A DNA stretch of 64,000 bases from a virus. The position numbers and the translations under genes are program-made. Shown here piece after piece: positions 10,872 through 21,139 of the stretch; position 1 is the first letter of the stretch, and every line of letters begins with the position of its first letter. The stretch is from the IMG/VR virus record IMGVR_UViG_3300026263_000200. One strand, written 5' to 3'. The notes beneath the pieces are model-generated. The model was not told where the DNA came from and made no database searches. It saw only the letters and a list, made by a program, of their open reading frames with translations.

Positions 10872-10903
10872 GAAACTTTACTTTTCTATTATAATATGTT
10901 ATA

Positions 10904-11341
10904 GTGATAATTATGGATTTAGAACAATTACAAGAACAAGCAGACAAAGATTTAAAAATTAACGATAGTGAACTTGATTTAGAATCAATCAAAACACCTC
11001 AATTACACAACCAATATATGAAACACTTAACAAAGTTTAAGTTAATGTTAAGTAGAGCGGAAAGTGAATTATATATTAAGAAAAGAGAAAAGTGGGAATA
11101 CTATACAGGTAAAGCAGACTCTACTGTATATGTTGAAAAACCTTTTAACTTAAAAATATTAAGACAAGATGTAGATAAGTATATTGATTCAGACGAAGAA
11201 GTTATTAGAGCAAAACAAAAAGTTGATTATCTCAATACAGTTGTTGATTTTTTAGATAGAAGTATTAAACAAATTTCAAATAGAACATTTACTATTAAGA
11301 ACGCAATTGATTGGAAGAAGTTTACATCAGGAGCTATTTAA
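10904..11341 (+). CDS. uvsY: Recombination mediator UvsY (start may be ATG 10913)
   Basis: KWEYYTGK, IKNAIDWKKF; upstream of uvsW. Confidence 0.9.
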   Translation: MIIMDLEQLQEQADKDLKINDSELDLESIKTPQLHNQYMKHLTKFKLMLSRAESELYIKKREKWEYYTGKADSTVYVEKPFNLKILRQDVDKYIDSDEEVIRAKQKVDYLNTVVDFLDRSIKQISNRTFTIKNAIDWKKFTSGAI

Positions 11342-11392
11342 TGGAACAAGAAAAATCAGAAGGAGCTATTTATGGAACAAGAAAAATCAGAA
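11329..11392 (+). repeat. Tandem ~31-bp direct duplication covering an RBS and start codon
   Basis: AGGAGCTATTTA(A)TGGAACAAGAAAAATCAGA occurs twice in tandem. Confidence 0.9.
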
Positions 11393-12079
11393 GTTAAAAT
11401 AACAGCATTTAAAAGTGACCCTAAAAAATCTTTTTTTGCACCCGAATATGATTATAGAATATTTGAAACTACAGTAAAAAAAGTTAATTTTAAAGATTTA
11501 GCAAAACTTCTTTTAAGCAAAGAAAAAGAAATAATAAAATTACCTAAATCAACTGTAGCAGCTGGAGCTGTAAATGCTTACACAGGACTAAAAGGGGAGA
11601 GTACAACACAAAGATTTGATAAGTATAATGTTTTAAAATGGGAAGATGAAAATATAAAGCATTTAAAAGGAAATATAATACACTTTCATAATGGAGTTAT
11701 GCAATACTTTAAACAACCAATTCCAAAAGAATTGTATATACAATGTTGGTATAATGTTATGCGTAAAGGAGAACAAATAAAAACTCATTTACACGATATA
11801 GGATCACATTGTTATTTGGGAGGTCATATTTGTGTACAAGCAGATAATACATCTACTCATTATATCAATCCAATAAATCAACTTAATGACCCTATGATAT
11901 ATAGTAGTGAAAATATTGTAGGTAAAATGACTTTATTTCCAAATAATGTACCACACTATACGGATGTGTATGAAGGAAATACAGAAAGAATAACAATTGC
12001 ATTTGATATATTTCCAGAAAATCCAGAATTAATAAAAGGTGGAAACTTACATTCAGGAAATTATTTAAAGATAGTATGA
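11372..12079 (+). CDS. Putative 2OG-Fe(II) oxygenase
   Basis: WYNV..HLHD..LGGHIC..GKMTLFP..PHYT..RITIAFD pattern. Confidence 0.75.
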   Translation: MEQEKSEVKITAFKSDPKKSFFAPEYDYRIFETTVKKVNFKDLAKLLLSKEKEIIKLPKSTVAAGAVNAYTGLKGESTTQRFDKYNVLKWEDENIKHLKGNIIHFHNGVMQYFKQPIPKELYIQCWYNVMRKGEQIKTHLHDIGSHCYLGGHICVQADNTSTHYINPINQLNDPMIYSSENIVGKMTLFPNNVPHYTDVYEGNTERITIAFDIFPENPELIKGGNLHSGNYLKIV

Positions 12080-13569
12080 AAAATGTAAGATATCTTGTAA
12101 TAGACAAAAAGGATGATGTCTATTTAAAGATAGAAGCAGAAGATTCCATTAGAAGAGAATTAGGTCAACACTTTACTTTTGAAGTACCTGGTTTTCGTTT
12201 TATGCCACAATTTCGTAATAGGGTATGGGACGGAAAGATAAGACTATTTTCATATGCAACTGGTCAAATATATGTTGGATTATATCCATATGTACTTAAT
12301 TGGTGTAAAGAAAATGATGTAGAAGTTGTTGATGGAACGAAGATAGAAGACACTAAAGTAGATGATGATAAGGTAGAAAAATTTATTAATGCTCTTAAAA
12401 TTCCTATGGAAGTAAGAGATTATCAAAAAGAAGCATTTTCATATTCAGTTAAAAAGAATAGATGTTTATTACTATCACCAACTGCTAGTGGTAAATCACT
12501 TATTCTATATCTATTAGTACGTTTTAATCTATTAAGACTTCCCAAAAACAAAAAAATATTAATCATAGTACCTACTACATCATTAGTAGAACAATTGTAT
12601 AAAGATTTTAAAGACTATGGCTATGATAGTAATAGAAATGTACATAGAATCTATGAAGGACATAGTAAGATAACACCTAAAAGAGTAGTTATATCTACTT
12701 GGCAATCAATTTATAATCTATCAAAGAACTATTTTAGCGACTATGGTATGATAATTGGTGACGAAGCACATCTATTTAAAGCAGTATCATTAACAAAGAT
12801 AATGACGAAGTTAGTTAATTGTAAATATAAGATAGGTTGTACAGGTACCCTAGATGATAGTAAAACACATAAGCTAGTATTAGAAGGACTGTTTGGTGCA
12901 GTCAATAAGGTTACTACTACAACTGAATTACAAGATAAAGAACACCTAGCAAAACTTAAAATTTTCTGTTTAGTATTACAATATGGTAAAGCACAAATAG
13001 ATTTCTTGAAAAATAAAACTTATCAAGAAGAAATGGACTTTTTAGTTAGAAATGAGAAAAGAAATAAATACATTAAAAATCTGGTCACTGGTTTACACGG
13101 CAACACTTTATGCTTATTTCAGTATGTAGAAAAGCACGGTAAGTTATTATATGAATTAATTAAAGAAAAGGCAGGTGACCGACCTATTTTCTATATCCAC
13201 GGAGGAGTGGAAGCTGATGAACGAGAACAAGTCCGAGCCATTACCGAAAAGTCTGACGGAGCGATTATTGTCGCTTCTTATGGGACGTTCAGTACTGGTA
13301 TTAATATCCGTAACTTACACAATATTGTTTTTAGTAGCCCTAGTAAATCTCGTATAAGAAATTTACAATCAATAGGACGAGGATTAAGATTAAAAGATAA
13401 CGATTCACACGCAACGTTATATGACATTGCTGATGACCTTTCCTATGGCGAAAAGGAAAATTATACTTTACAACACTTTAGAGAACGTATAAATATTTAC
13501 AATAGTGAAGATTTTGACTATGAAATTCACAATATAGAATTGGAGAGAAATGGACAAAGTAAAAGCTAA
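12076..13569 (+). CDS. uvsW: DNA helicase UvsW
   Basis: WDGKIRLF, SPTASGKS, GDEAH, LQSIGRGLR. Confidence 0.96.
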   Translation: MKNVRYLVIDKKDDVYLKIEAEDSIRRELGQHFTFEVPGFRFMPQFRNRVWDGKIRLFSYATGQIYVGLYPYVLNWCKENDVEVVDGTKIEDTKVDDDKVEKFINALKIPMEVRDYQKEAFSYSVKKNRCLLLSPTASGKSLILYLLVRFNLLRLPKNKKILIIVPTTSLVEQLYKDFKDYGYDSNRNVHRIYEGHSKITPKRVVISTWQSIYNLSKNYFSDYGMIIGDEAHLFKAVSLTKIMTKLVNCKYKIGCTGTLDDSKTHKLVLEGLFGAVNKVTTTTELQDKEHLAKLKIFCLVLQYGKAQIDFLKNKTYQEEMDFLVRNEKRNKYIKNLVTGLHGNTLCLFQYVEKHGKLLYELIKEKAGDRPIFYIHGGVEADEREQVRAITEKSDGAIIVASYGTFSTGINIRNLHNIVFSSPSKSRIRNLQSIGRGLRLKDNDSHATLYDIADDLSYGEKENYTLQHFRERINIYNSEDFDYEIHNIELERNGQSKS

Positions 13570-13981
13570 CATAAAAATAATCAAACTAATAAATGGTGAT
13601 GATGTTGTTGCACATATGCCAATAGGTGAGAAACAACTACCAGATAAATCTCCTTTGCTTAGAATAGCAAAACCATTACAGATTAAATATATCCCACAAA
13701 TGACCCCTACAGGCATAAGAGATTATATTGCTCTTATTAAATGGGTTAACTATACACCAGATAAATTAATAACTATACCGAAAGATAAGATAATGACTAT
13801 AACTATGGCGTCGGAAGATATGACTAAAAACTATGCCAATTTAGCAAATGATTATGACAGATTGGATCAACCGAAAAAGGCCAAAAAGGGTGACTTTATA
13901 CAAGAACAAATCTCGCAAGAAGATAATGAATTGTTGAACGAAATATTTAAGGATAAATTAACGAAGAGAACTCTCCACTAG
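13550..13981 (+). CDS. Conserved T4-like hypothetical protein (possible Sm-like fold)
   Basis: IIKLINGDDVVA N-terminus; usual position between uvsW and g55. Confidence 0.6.
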   Translation: MDKVKANIKIIKLINGDDVVAHMPIGEKQLPDKSPLLRIAKPLQIKYIPQMTPTGIRDYIALIKWVNYTPDKLITIPKDKIMTITMASEDMTKNYANLANDYDRLDQPKKAKKGDFIQEQISQEDNELLNEIFKDKLTKRTLH

Positions 13982-14015
13982 TTACTAAAGCGTTCTCCAC
14001 CAGACTACATAGTCT

Positions 14016-14043
14016 ATTATATACAAAAAACGTGAAAAGTCAA
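14016..14043 (-). promoter_or_regulatory. Minus-strand sigma70-like promoter TTGACT-N16-TATAAT
   Basis: Near-consensus hexamers pointing back toward ORF 13550..13981. Confidence 0.5.
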
Positions 14044-14178
14044 GTGCCATTCAAATCTAAAAAACTCGCTCATATTGCTAAGCAATGGCAGATAGGAGAA
14101 ATTATTCCTGTCAAAAAATTATCTAAAGCAATCAAAAGATTATTACGTCCTAGCATTGACAAAGGGAGTAAATTGTAG
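14044..14178 (+). CDS. Small basic hypothetical protein (44 aa, GTG start)
   Basis: Open frame PFKSKKLAHIAKQWQIGEIIPVKKLSKAIKRLLRPSIDKGSKL fills the gap before g55; not in the supplied track. Confidence 0.4.
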   Translation: MPFKSKKLAHIAKQWQIGEIIPVKKLSKAIKRLLRPSIDKGSKL

Positions 14179-14184
14179 TAATAT
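14156..14184 (+). promoter_or_regulatory. Sigma70-like promoter TTGACA-N17-TAATAT (g55)
   Basis: Hexamers at correct spacing, with the TAGCATTGACA context seen at other sites. Confidence 0.65.
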
Positions 14185-14193
14185 GTAATCATT

Positions 14194-14730
14194 ATGCCAG
14201 GAATTAGAATTAAAAAAAAACCAGAACATTATGTAAATAATAAAGAATTTTTTGCTGCTATGGTGGACTATAAAAAGTCTGTTAATAAAGCGAAAAGATT
14301 AAAGCAAAATAAACCAGTTGTACCAGACTACGTTGGTGAGTGTTTTTTAAAGATAGCGAATCATTTATCCTTTAGACCAAATTTTATAAACTATACTTAT
14401 CGGGACGATATGATAAGTGATGGTATTGAAAACTGTTTACAGTATCTTGATAACTTCAATCCTAAAAAAACTAATAATCCTTTTGCTTATTTCACACAAA
14501 TTATCTATTATGCTTTTGTACGGAGAATACAGAAAGAGAAAAAACAAACAACTATTAAACACCGTATGATTCAAAACGCAAACTATGATGATATGACTTT
14601 GCAACCAGGAGAAGATGGAGAATTCAAAAATCAATTTACAGAATTTCTACGTAAGAATATACCAGCGGAAGAACCAGTTAAGAAAACAACACCTAAAAAG
14701 AAAAAGAAAATAGTTAAGAAGAAAAAATAA
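14194..14730 (+). CDS. g55: Late transcription sigma factor gp55
   Basis: HYVNNKEF, CFLKIANHLS, DMISDGIENC, NPFAYFTQIIYYAFVRRIQKEKKQ. Confidence 0.96.
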   Translation: MPGIRIKKKPEHYVNNKEFFAAMVDYKKSVNKAKRLKQNKPVVPDYVGECFLKIANHLSFRPNFINYTYRDDMISDGIENCLQYLDNFNPKKTNNPFAYFTQIIYYAFVRRIQKEKKQTTIKHRMIQNANYDDMTLQPGEDGEFKNQFTEFLRKNIPAEEPVKKTTPKKKKKIVKKKK

Positions 14731-14735
14731 TTATT

Positions 14736-16304
14736 ATGAAGAGTGATAAGATTTTAATAGTCGGCGGAGGTTCTGCTGGCTGGATGACTGCTGCTACTTT
14801 AATTAAAGCATTTCCAAATAAAGATATAACAGTAATAGAATCACCAAATATACCAACTGTTGGTGTTGGTGAAAGTACAATATCAAAAGTTAAACAATGG
14901 ACAAAATTTTTGGGCATTGATGATAAAGAATTTTTAAAACATACAGATGGCACTATTAAGTTTAGTATTAAGTTTACAGACTTTAATGGAAAAGACGAGG
15001 CGGCATTTCATTATCCTTTTGGTCCAATTAGAACAGACGGAACTCAATTAAAGTATAATGATTGGTGGATGAAAAAAGAATTTTATCCAGAAACACCTGT
15101 TTCAGATTATGCTGATAGTTTTGCTCCTAATATGGCATTAGTTAATCAAGGTAAAGGTGCTTTCAACTTTCACGGTTTTGAACTTGACCGAGATTCTGCT
15201 TATCAGTTTGACGCAACTAAATTTAGTATATGGTTAAGAGACCATTATTGTTTACCAAGAGGTGTTAAACATATACAAGAAGATATTATTGATGTGCCTA
15301 CAGATGAGAATGGTATCAAGTGTGTAGTTACAAAAACATATAGTTACTATGCAGATTTATTTGTTGATTGTACAGGTTTTAAATCAATGCTTTTAGGTGG
15401 TGCATTAAAAGAACCTTTTGAAACTATACAAAATCTACCAAACAATAAAGCGTGGGCAACTAAAATTCCTTATGTTGATAAAGAAAAAGAAGTAGAGTGT
15501 TTTACCAATTGCACAGCAATAGAGAACGGTTGGGTGTGGAACATACCATTATGGAGTAGAGTTGGTACAGGTTATGTTTATTCAGATAAATTTGTAGATG
15601 ATGAAACTGCTTTAAAAGAATTTAAAAATCATTTAGCAGGTGTACGACCTGGTTTTGGTAATGAAGAACACGAATTTAGAAACATTACAATGAGAACTGG
15701 TATACACAAAAGATTATTTGTTAAAAATGTTGTTGCTATAGGACTATCTGCTGGATTTATTGAACCATTAGAGAGTAATGGTTTGTTTTCAGTACACGAA
15801 TTTTTAATGATGTTAGTAAGAAATTTAAGAAGAGGTGAAATTACACGTTGGGATAAAGATAACTTTACGTTTGCTTGTAAATCTATCTTTAAAGGATTTG
15901 AGGAATTTGTTGGTTTGCATTATGCATTATCAACAAGAAATGATACACCATATTGGAAAGCAAATAATGAAAAAGTATGGGAAGAAAGTTTATATACTTT
16001 TAAACCTAAAATTATGTTAGGATATTTACAAGCTGCTTTACAAAGAAATATGGCGTCGGAGTTTCCTGTTGATCCTACAGATAGACCAGGTAAATATGGA
16101 TTGCATTATATAGCAGCTGGTTTTAATTGGTGCCCAATGGATTTACCTAACTTAATAAATCTAACACATAAGAGTGAACAAGAAATAAGAGAACGTATGG
16201 AACCATTTATAAAGAAATTAGATGAACGCAAACAACAATGGAATAAAGAAGTTGAAAAGTTTCCAAGTTATCACGATTTTATACAGGAGAATTATTACAA
16301 GTGA
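14736..16304 (+). CDS. Tryptophan halogenase family flavoprotein
   Basis: GGGSAGWMTA, VGVGEST, FVDCTGF, GWVWNIPL (WxWxIP), FIEPLESNG. Confidence 0.9.
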   Translation: MKSDKILIVGGGSAGWMTAATLIKAFPNKDITVIESPNIPTVGVGESTISKVKQWTKFLGIDDKEFLKHTDGTIKFSIKFTDFNGKDEAAFHYPFGPIRTDGTQLKYNDWWMKKEFYPETPVSDYADSFAPNMALVNQGKGAFNFHGFELDRDSAYQFDATKFSIWLRDHYCLPRGVKHIQEDIIDVPTDENGIKCVVTKTYSYYADLFVDCTGFKSMLLGGALKEPFETIQNLPNNKAWATKIPYVDKEKEVECFTNCTAIENGWVWNIPLWSRVGTGYVYSDKFVDDETALKEFKNHLAGVRPGFGNEEHEFRNITMRTGIHKRLFVKNVVAIGLSAGFIEPLESNGLFSVHEFLMMLVRNLRRGEITRWDKDNFTFACKSIFKGFEEFVGLHYALSTRNDTPYWKANNEKVWEESLYTFKPKIMLGYLQAALQRNMASEFPVDPTDRPGKYGLHYIAAGFNWCPMDLPNLINLTHKSEQEIRERMEPFIKKLDERKQQWNKEVEKFPSYHDFIQENYYK

Positions 16305-17359
16305 AAATAGCATTATTAAATGATACACACTTTGGATGTAGAAATGATAGTCCTCATTTTGTACAGTATCAAGAACGATTTTATGATGAAGTCTTTTTTC
16401 CATATTTAAAAGAACATAATATTAAGACATTAATACATTTAGGTGACGTAGTTGATAGACGTAAATTTATAAACTATAAGACTGCTAATTTTTTTCGCCA
16501 AAAGTTTATGAAAAGACTTTGGAAAGAAAAGGTTGATACACATATTATATTAGGTAACCACGATACTTATTATAAGAATACAAATAAAGTAAATGCAATT
16601 ACTGAATTATGTACAACGTATGATGGTCAAAATGAACCTTGGATATATGCAAGTCCAAAAGAAGTTACCTTTGATGGATTGCCTATATTGTTTATGCCTT
16701 GGATATGTGATGATACGTATGAAGAGTCTTTATATGCTATTGAAAATTCAAATGCGGAAATATGTATGGGGCATTTAGAAATTAAAGGGTTTGAAATGAA
16801 TAGAGGATTTATGAACGAACAAGGTTTAGATAGGACAACGTTTCATAGATTTGAAAAAGTTATATCAGGACATTTTCATAAAAAATCAGATGATGGTCAG
16901 ATATATTATTTAGGAACACAATATGAAATTACGTGGAACGATTATAAAGACCCTAAAGGTTTCCATATTTTTGATACGGAAACTAGAGAGTTAACTAGGG
17001 TTCCTAATCCAATAAGAATCTTCAAAAAGATAGTGTATGATGATACACAACACGATTATAATACATTAGACATATCAAGATTTGATAATAGTTATATCAA
17101 ACTGTTTATATCTCAAAAAACAGATGAAGATATGTATGATAAGTTTATCAATAGGTTGTATAGTACATTAAACATATACGAACTAAATATATTTGAGGAT
17201 ACTAGTGATGTAACTGCTAGTGTAAAAGAAGACTTAATAGAACAAGGTGAAGATACACTTACATTTTTGGGCAAGTATATAGACCAACTTGATACAGACC
17301 TTGACAAAAATAAATTAAAAGAGTATACTAAAGAATTATATAGCGAGGTAAATCAATGA
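16301..17359 (+). CDS. g47: Recombination endonuclease subunit gp47 (Mre11/SbcD-like)
   Basis: DTHFG, LGDVVDRR, ILGNHD, SGHFH. Confidence 0.95.
   Translation: MKIALLNDTHFGCRNDSPHFVQYQERFYDEVFFPYLKEHNIKTLIHLGDVVDRRKFINYKTANFFRQKFMKRLWKEKVDTHIILGNHDTYYKNTNKVNAITELCTTYDGQNEPWIYASPKEVTFDGLPILFMPWICDDTYEESLYAIENSNAEICMGHLEIKGFEMNRGFMNEQGLDRTTFHRFEKVISGHFHKKSDDGQIYYLGTQYEITWNDYKDPKGFHIFDTETRELTRVPNPIRIFKKIVYDDTQHDYNTLDISRFDNSYIKLFISQKTDEDMYDKFINRLYSTLNIYELNIFEDTSDVTASVKEDLIEQGEDTLTFLGKYIDQLDTDLDKNKLKEYTKELYSEVNQ
17301..17329 (+). promoter_or_regulatory. Sigma70-like promoter TTGACA-N17-TATACT inside the 3' end of g47
   Basis: Near-consensus, just upstream of ORF 17356. Confidence 0.5.
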
Positions 17360-18210
17360 GTATAGACGAAAAGAAAATGAAAGATATGGTAGATTCCATT
17401 AATAAAGAACAATTCCAAGGTAATAGTGACCAATATTCATATAACTTTGACAACAATAAAAATTATGATCCAAATGATCCAATACCTACAAGAATTGAAA
17501 CACAAGGACATTTAAATTTTGGTCCATATGTTGCTTATTTTAAAGTACATCAAGCATTATTAGATGGACTTTTACAAAGAGGTAACAATCTAACACAAGG
17601 TACAAGTAATAGTAGATTAGTAGGATTATTAAGTGACCAAAGAGCTTATAGTGATGAAGATAAAGATTGGTTCATAAGACACTTTCAACCATACATAGAT
17701 GAATATGTTGAAGGACATTGTAGATTTGTTGGTGCCCGATATGATGAAGCACAATTTTCAAAATCATATACGTTAATGGATTTATGGATTAATATGATGA
17801 AAGAACGTGAATATAATCCTCAACACTCTCACGGTGGACAATTTTCTTGGGTTATATATTTAAAAACACCAGACATAAGAGAAGAAAGAAAAGCATTTAG
17901 AGGAACTGGTTTAGGTCCTGGAGTTATAGGTTTTCATTATGGTGAAAATACAGCACCAAAATGGGCAGAACACACATACAAATACGAACCAATAGTAGGA
18001 TATATGTGGATATTTCCTGCTCAATTAAGACACGAAGTATTACCTTATACAACTAAAGGAGAAAGAATAAGTGTGTCTGGAAATTGTTATATGAATCCAC
18101 CTAATCAACAAACAAAGTTTTTAAAAACTGGTAATGAACCGTATGTTGGATTAGGACGCAAAGGTAAAATAACTGGAGATTATGTCGGATTAGGCAAAGA
18201 TAGAAAATAA
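17356..18210 (+). CDS. Putative 2OG-Fe(II) oxygenase
   Basis: WIN..EYNPQHSH..SWVIYL..IFPAQLRHEV..RISVSGN. Confidence 0.8.
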   Translation: MSIDEKKMKDMVDSINKEQFQGNSDQYSYNFDNNKNYDPNDPIPTRIETQGHLNFGPYVAYFKVHQALLDGLLQRGNNLTQGTSNSRLVGLLSDQRAYSDEDKDWFIRHFQPYIDEYVEGHCRFVGARYDEAQFSKSYTLMDLWINMMKEREYNPQHSHGGQFSWVIYLKTPDIREERKAFRGTGLGPGVIGFHYGENTAPKWAEHTYKYEPIVGYMWIFPAQLRHEVLPYTTKGERISVSGNCYMNPPNQQTKFLKTGNEPYVGLGRKGKITGDYVGLGKDRK

Positions 18211-18226
18211 TTTTTAGTTTTATATT

Positions 18227-19942
18227 ATGATACAGTTTAAGAGAATATCTTATAAGAATTTTTTATCTACAGGTAATGTACCAATAGAAGTAGATTTAAG
18301 AAAATCACAATTAACATTAGTCATAGGAGCAAACGGAAGTGGTAAGTCTACTTTGTTAGACGCATTATGTTTTGCTTTATTCAATAGACCATTTCGTATT
18401 ATTAAAAAAGACCAAATGGTTAATACTATTAACAATGGTGGTTGTGAGGTTGAATTAGAATTTAATGTAGGACCAAAAGAGTATAAAGTTATAAGAGGTG
18501 TTAAACCAAACATCTTTGAAATACATTGTGATGGACAATTAATGAGTCAAGACGCAAGCGCAATTGATTATCAAAAGTATCTTGAAAGTAATATTATGAG
18601 GTGCAATTATAGGTCGTTTTGTCAAGTAGTATTATTAGGGTCTTCTTCTTATATGCCATTTATGAAAATGAGAGCAAGTTTCAGAAGAGAGGTCGTTGAA
18701 GAGATTTTAGACATAAGAGCATTTAGTAGAATGGATACTATATTGAGTGGTCAACAAAGAGATTTACAGAATAAAATAACAGAAACAAGACATCAATGTG
18801 AGTTAATTGAAACCAAGTATCAGACTGAAGCAAAGTACCTGGATACTCTTCTCCACAAGGATATAGACGTCCAAACGCATAAAAATAGGGTGCTTGAGAA
18901 GAATACCAAGGATAGACTAGAATATGAGAACAAGGTATCACTACTCAATAAAGAGATAGATTCAGCTAAAGAGTGTGTAAAAGATAGAGATATAGTTGAT
19001 GATAAATCAAAAAAATTAACCAAGATAGAAGCGAAGATTGAACAGAATTTAGAAAGACATAAGACCTCTTTAAAATTTTTTGAAGAAAATGATGTGTGTC
19101 CAACTTGTACTCAACCATTATCTACAGAATTTAAACATCAAAAATGTGATGAAGAAAAGAATAAGATTAATACATTACAAGATGGTATGGAAAAGTTATT
19201 AAAAGAACTTGTAAGTATGGGTGAGAAAACAAAAGAATATGACGCAGTAGCAGATAAGATTTATAATTTAAATGTTGATTTATCAAAAGTAAATACATCA
19301 CTAGAAGGTCTTAAAAATCAAAGTGATAATATAGAAGAAGATTTAAAAGTCTTTCAGAATAAAGATGAAGATATAGCAAATATTAGAAAACAATTAGATG
19401 AAATGAAAGACCAATTAAGACATTGTAAAATAGAATTAGATAAAATTGTTGAAGAGAAAATGTATCAAGATGTATTAAGACAAGTATTAAATGACAAAGG
19501 TGCTAAGGCACAAATTATTAAGAAGTATATACCTATAATGAATCAATTGATTAATAAGTATCTACAAGCAATGGAGTTTTATGTATCATTTCATTTAGAT
19601 GAAGAGTTTAATGAAACAGTTAAGAGTAGATATAGAGATACATTTAATTATAATAACTTCAGCGAAGGTGAGAAAATGAGAATAGATTTAGCATTGTTAT
19701 TTACTTGGAGAGATATAGCTAAACTTAAAAACTCTACTAATACAAATCTATTAATACTAGATGAGATATTTGATTCAAGTTTAGACCTTGCAGGTACAGA
19801 TGATTTCTTTAAAATAATACAGAAATTATCAAACGAAAATGTCTTTATTATTTCACATAAAGGTGATATATTATTTGATAAATTTACAAATATAATTAAG
19901 TACAAAAAAGACCAGAACTTTACAGTACTAGATAGGATATAA
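18227..19942 (+). CDS. g46: Recombination ATPase subunit gp46 (Rad50/SbcC-like)
   Basis: GANGSGKS, zinc hook CPTC, FSEGEKMRIDLA, LILDEIFDSSLD. Confidence 0.96.
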   Translation: MIQFKRISYKNFLSTGNVPIEVDLRKSQLTLVIGANGSGKSTLLDALCFALFNRPFRIIKKDQMVNTINNGGCEVELEFNVGPKEYKVIRGVKPNIFEIHCDGQLMSQDASAIDYQKYLESNIMRCNYRSFCQVVLLGSSSYMPFMKMRASFRREVVEEILDIRAFSRMDTILSGQQRDLQNKITETRHQCELIETKYQTEAKYLDTLLHKDIDVQTHKNRVLEKNTKDRLEYENKVSLLNKEIDSAKECVKDRDIVDDKSKKLTKIEAKIEQNLERHKTSLKFFEENDVCPTCTQPLSTEFKHQKCDEEKNKINTLQDGMEKLLKELVSMGEKTKEYDAVADKIYNLNVDLSKVNTSLEGLKNQSDNIEEDLKVFQNKDEDIANIRKQLDEMKDQLRHCKIELDKIVEEKMYQDVLRQVLNDKGAKAQIIKKYIPIMNQLINKYLQAMEFYVSFHLDEEFNETVKSRYRDTFNYNNFSEGEKMRIDLALLFTWRDIAKLKNSTNTNLLILDEIFDSSLDLAGTDDFFKIIQKLSNENVFIISHKGDILFDKFTNIIKYKKDQNFTVLDRI

Positions 19943-20532
19943 TGACAGAAGAAAAAAAGATAGATAAAATTTTAAAACTTGTACCTCCTACTGATCCTAG
20001 AGTTAGGTCAGCAGTAGCACCTTTTACAGATGATATGTTAAAGGAACACAATTTTAAAGATAGAAAAGAACTATCAGAAGAAATGTTTAAATCAATGGCA
20101 AGATATGGTGGTATAGGTTTATCTGCTAATCAAGTAGGGTTACCATTTAATATGTTTGTAGTAGGTAATCATATGTCATTAGAAAATGGTTTAAAAATGG
20201 CTTGTTTTAATCCTATGATAGTTAGTACAAGTGAAGAAACTATAATGATGAAAGAAGGTTGCTTAACATATCCTTTCTTATTTTTAAGTATTAAAAGACC
20301 TAGAAAATGTGTAGTAAAATATACAGATGAAAATGGTGATTTAAAAGAAGGTAATTTAGATGGTATGATAAGTAGAATATTCCAACACGAATATGAACAT
20401 ATGTTAGGTAGAAATTTTACTGAACACGCAAGTAAAATGAAACTAGATATGGCAGAAAAAAAGGCAAAGAAACAGTTTAAAATCTGGCAGAAAACTATGG
20501 AAGCTAGACACGGAAAAATGAAAAATGATTAA
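19942..20532 (+). CDS. def: Peptide deformylase
   Basis: GIGLSANQVG, EGCLT, QHEYEH. Confidence 0.92.
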   Translation: MTEEKKIDKILKLVPPTDPRVRSAVAPFTDDMLKEHNFKDRKELSEEMFKSMARYGGIGLSANQVGLPFNMFVVGNHMSLENGLKMACFNPMIVSTSEETIMMKEGCLTYPFLFLSIKRPRKCVVKYTDENGDLKEGNLDGMISRIFQHEYEHMLGRNFTEHASKMKLDMAEKKAKKQFKIWQKTMEARHGKMKND

Positions 20533-21139
20533 AGTAGTAAAAGATTTTTTACCACAACCTCTTTTTAAATTTATAAAAGATTATGTTGAAGACGAAAAAG
20601 TATCTTGGAAATGGCAAGATAATTCAACATATCATAAAGATACAGCAGCGGTTAAAGCGGATAAAATGTTTAAGTTTGGTAAAACAATATATACACACCC
20701 TGCTTTAAATCCAGAGAATAAAGAATTTATAAATGAAAAATATATGTCTATATTTGGAGTGTTTGTAGACTTTCAAAACGAACATCAAAGTCATAAAACA
20801 GAACATTTAATTAAAATGAAATTAAATTTATATCCAAATGAAGGTAAACAAGTACAACACGGAACACATAAGGATATATATTCTGCTCATATTCCTTTGA
20901 GTCCAAAACATATGACTCGTATGGGTGAAGATGTTTTAGATAAAACTACCTTAACTTCTGTATTTAATTTTCATACTTGTAATGGTTATACTTGTATTGG
21001 AAAAGAAAAGATACCATCTGTTGCTAATCAGATAGTAATATTTAATCAAACTGAACATTATGGAGTTACTCAATCAGATATTCCAAGAAGAATAGTATTT
21101 AATATGAACGTAAGTATAAATGAAAAAACTAACAAATAA
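20525..21139 (+). CDS. Putative 2OG-Fe(II) oxygenase-like protein
   Basis: HGTHKD (HxD), NGYT, ANQIVIF..HYG..RIVFNMN. Confidence 0.65.
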   Translation: MIKVVKDFLPQPLFKFIKDYVEDEKVSWKWQDNSTYHKDTAAVKADKMFKFGKTIYTHPALNPENKEFINEKYMSIFGVFVDFQNEHQSHKTEHLIKMKLNLYPNEGKQVQHGTHKDIYSAHIPLSPKHMTRMGEDVLDKTTLTSVFNFHTCNGYTCIGKEKIPSVANQIVIFNQTEHYGVTQSDIPRRIVFNMNVSINEKTNK

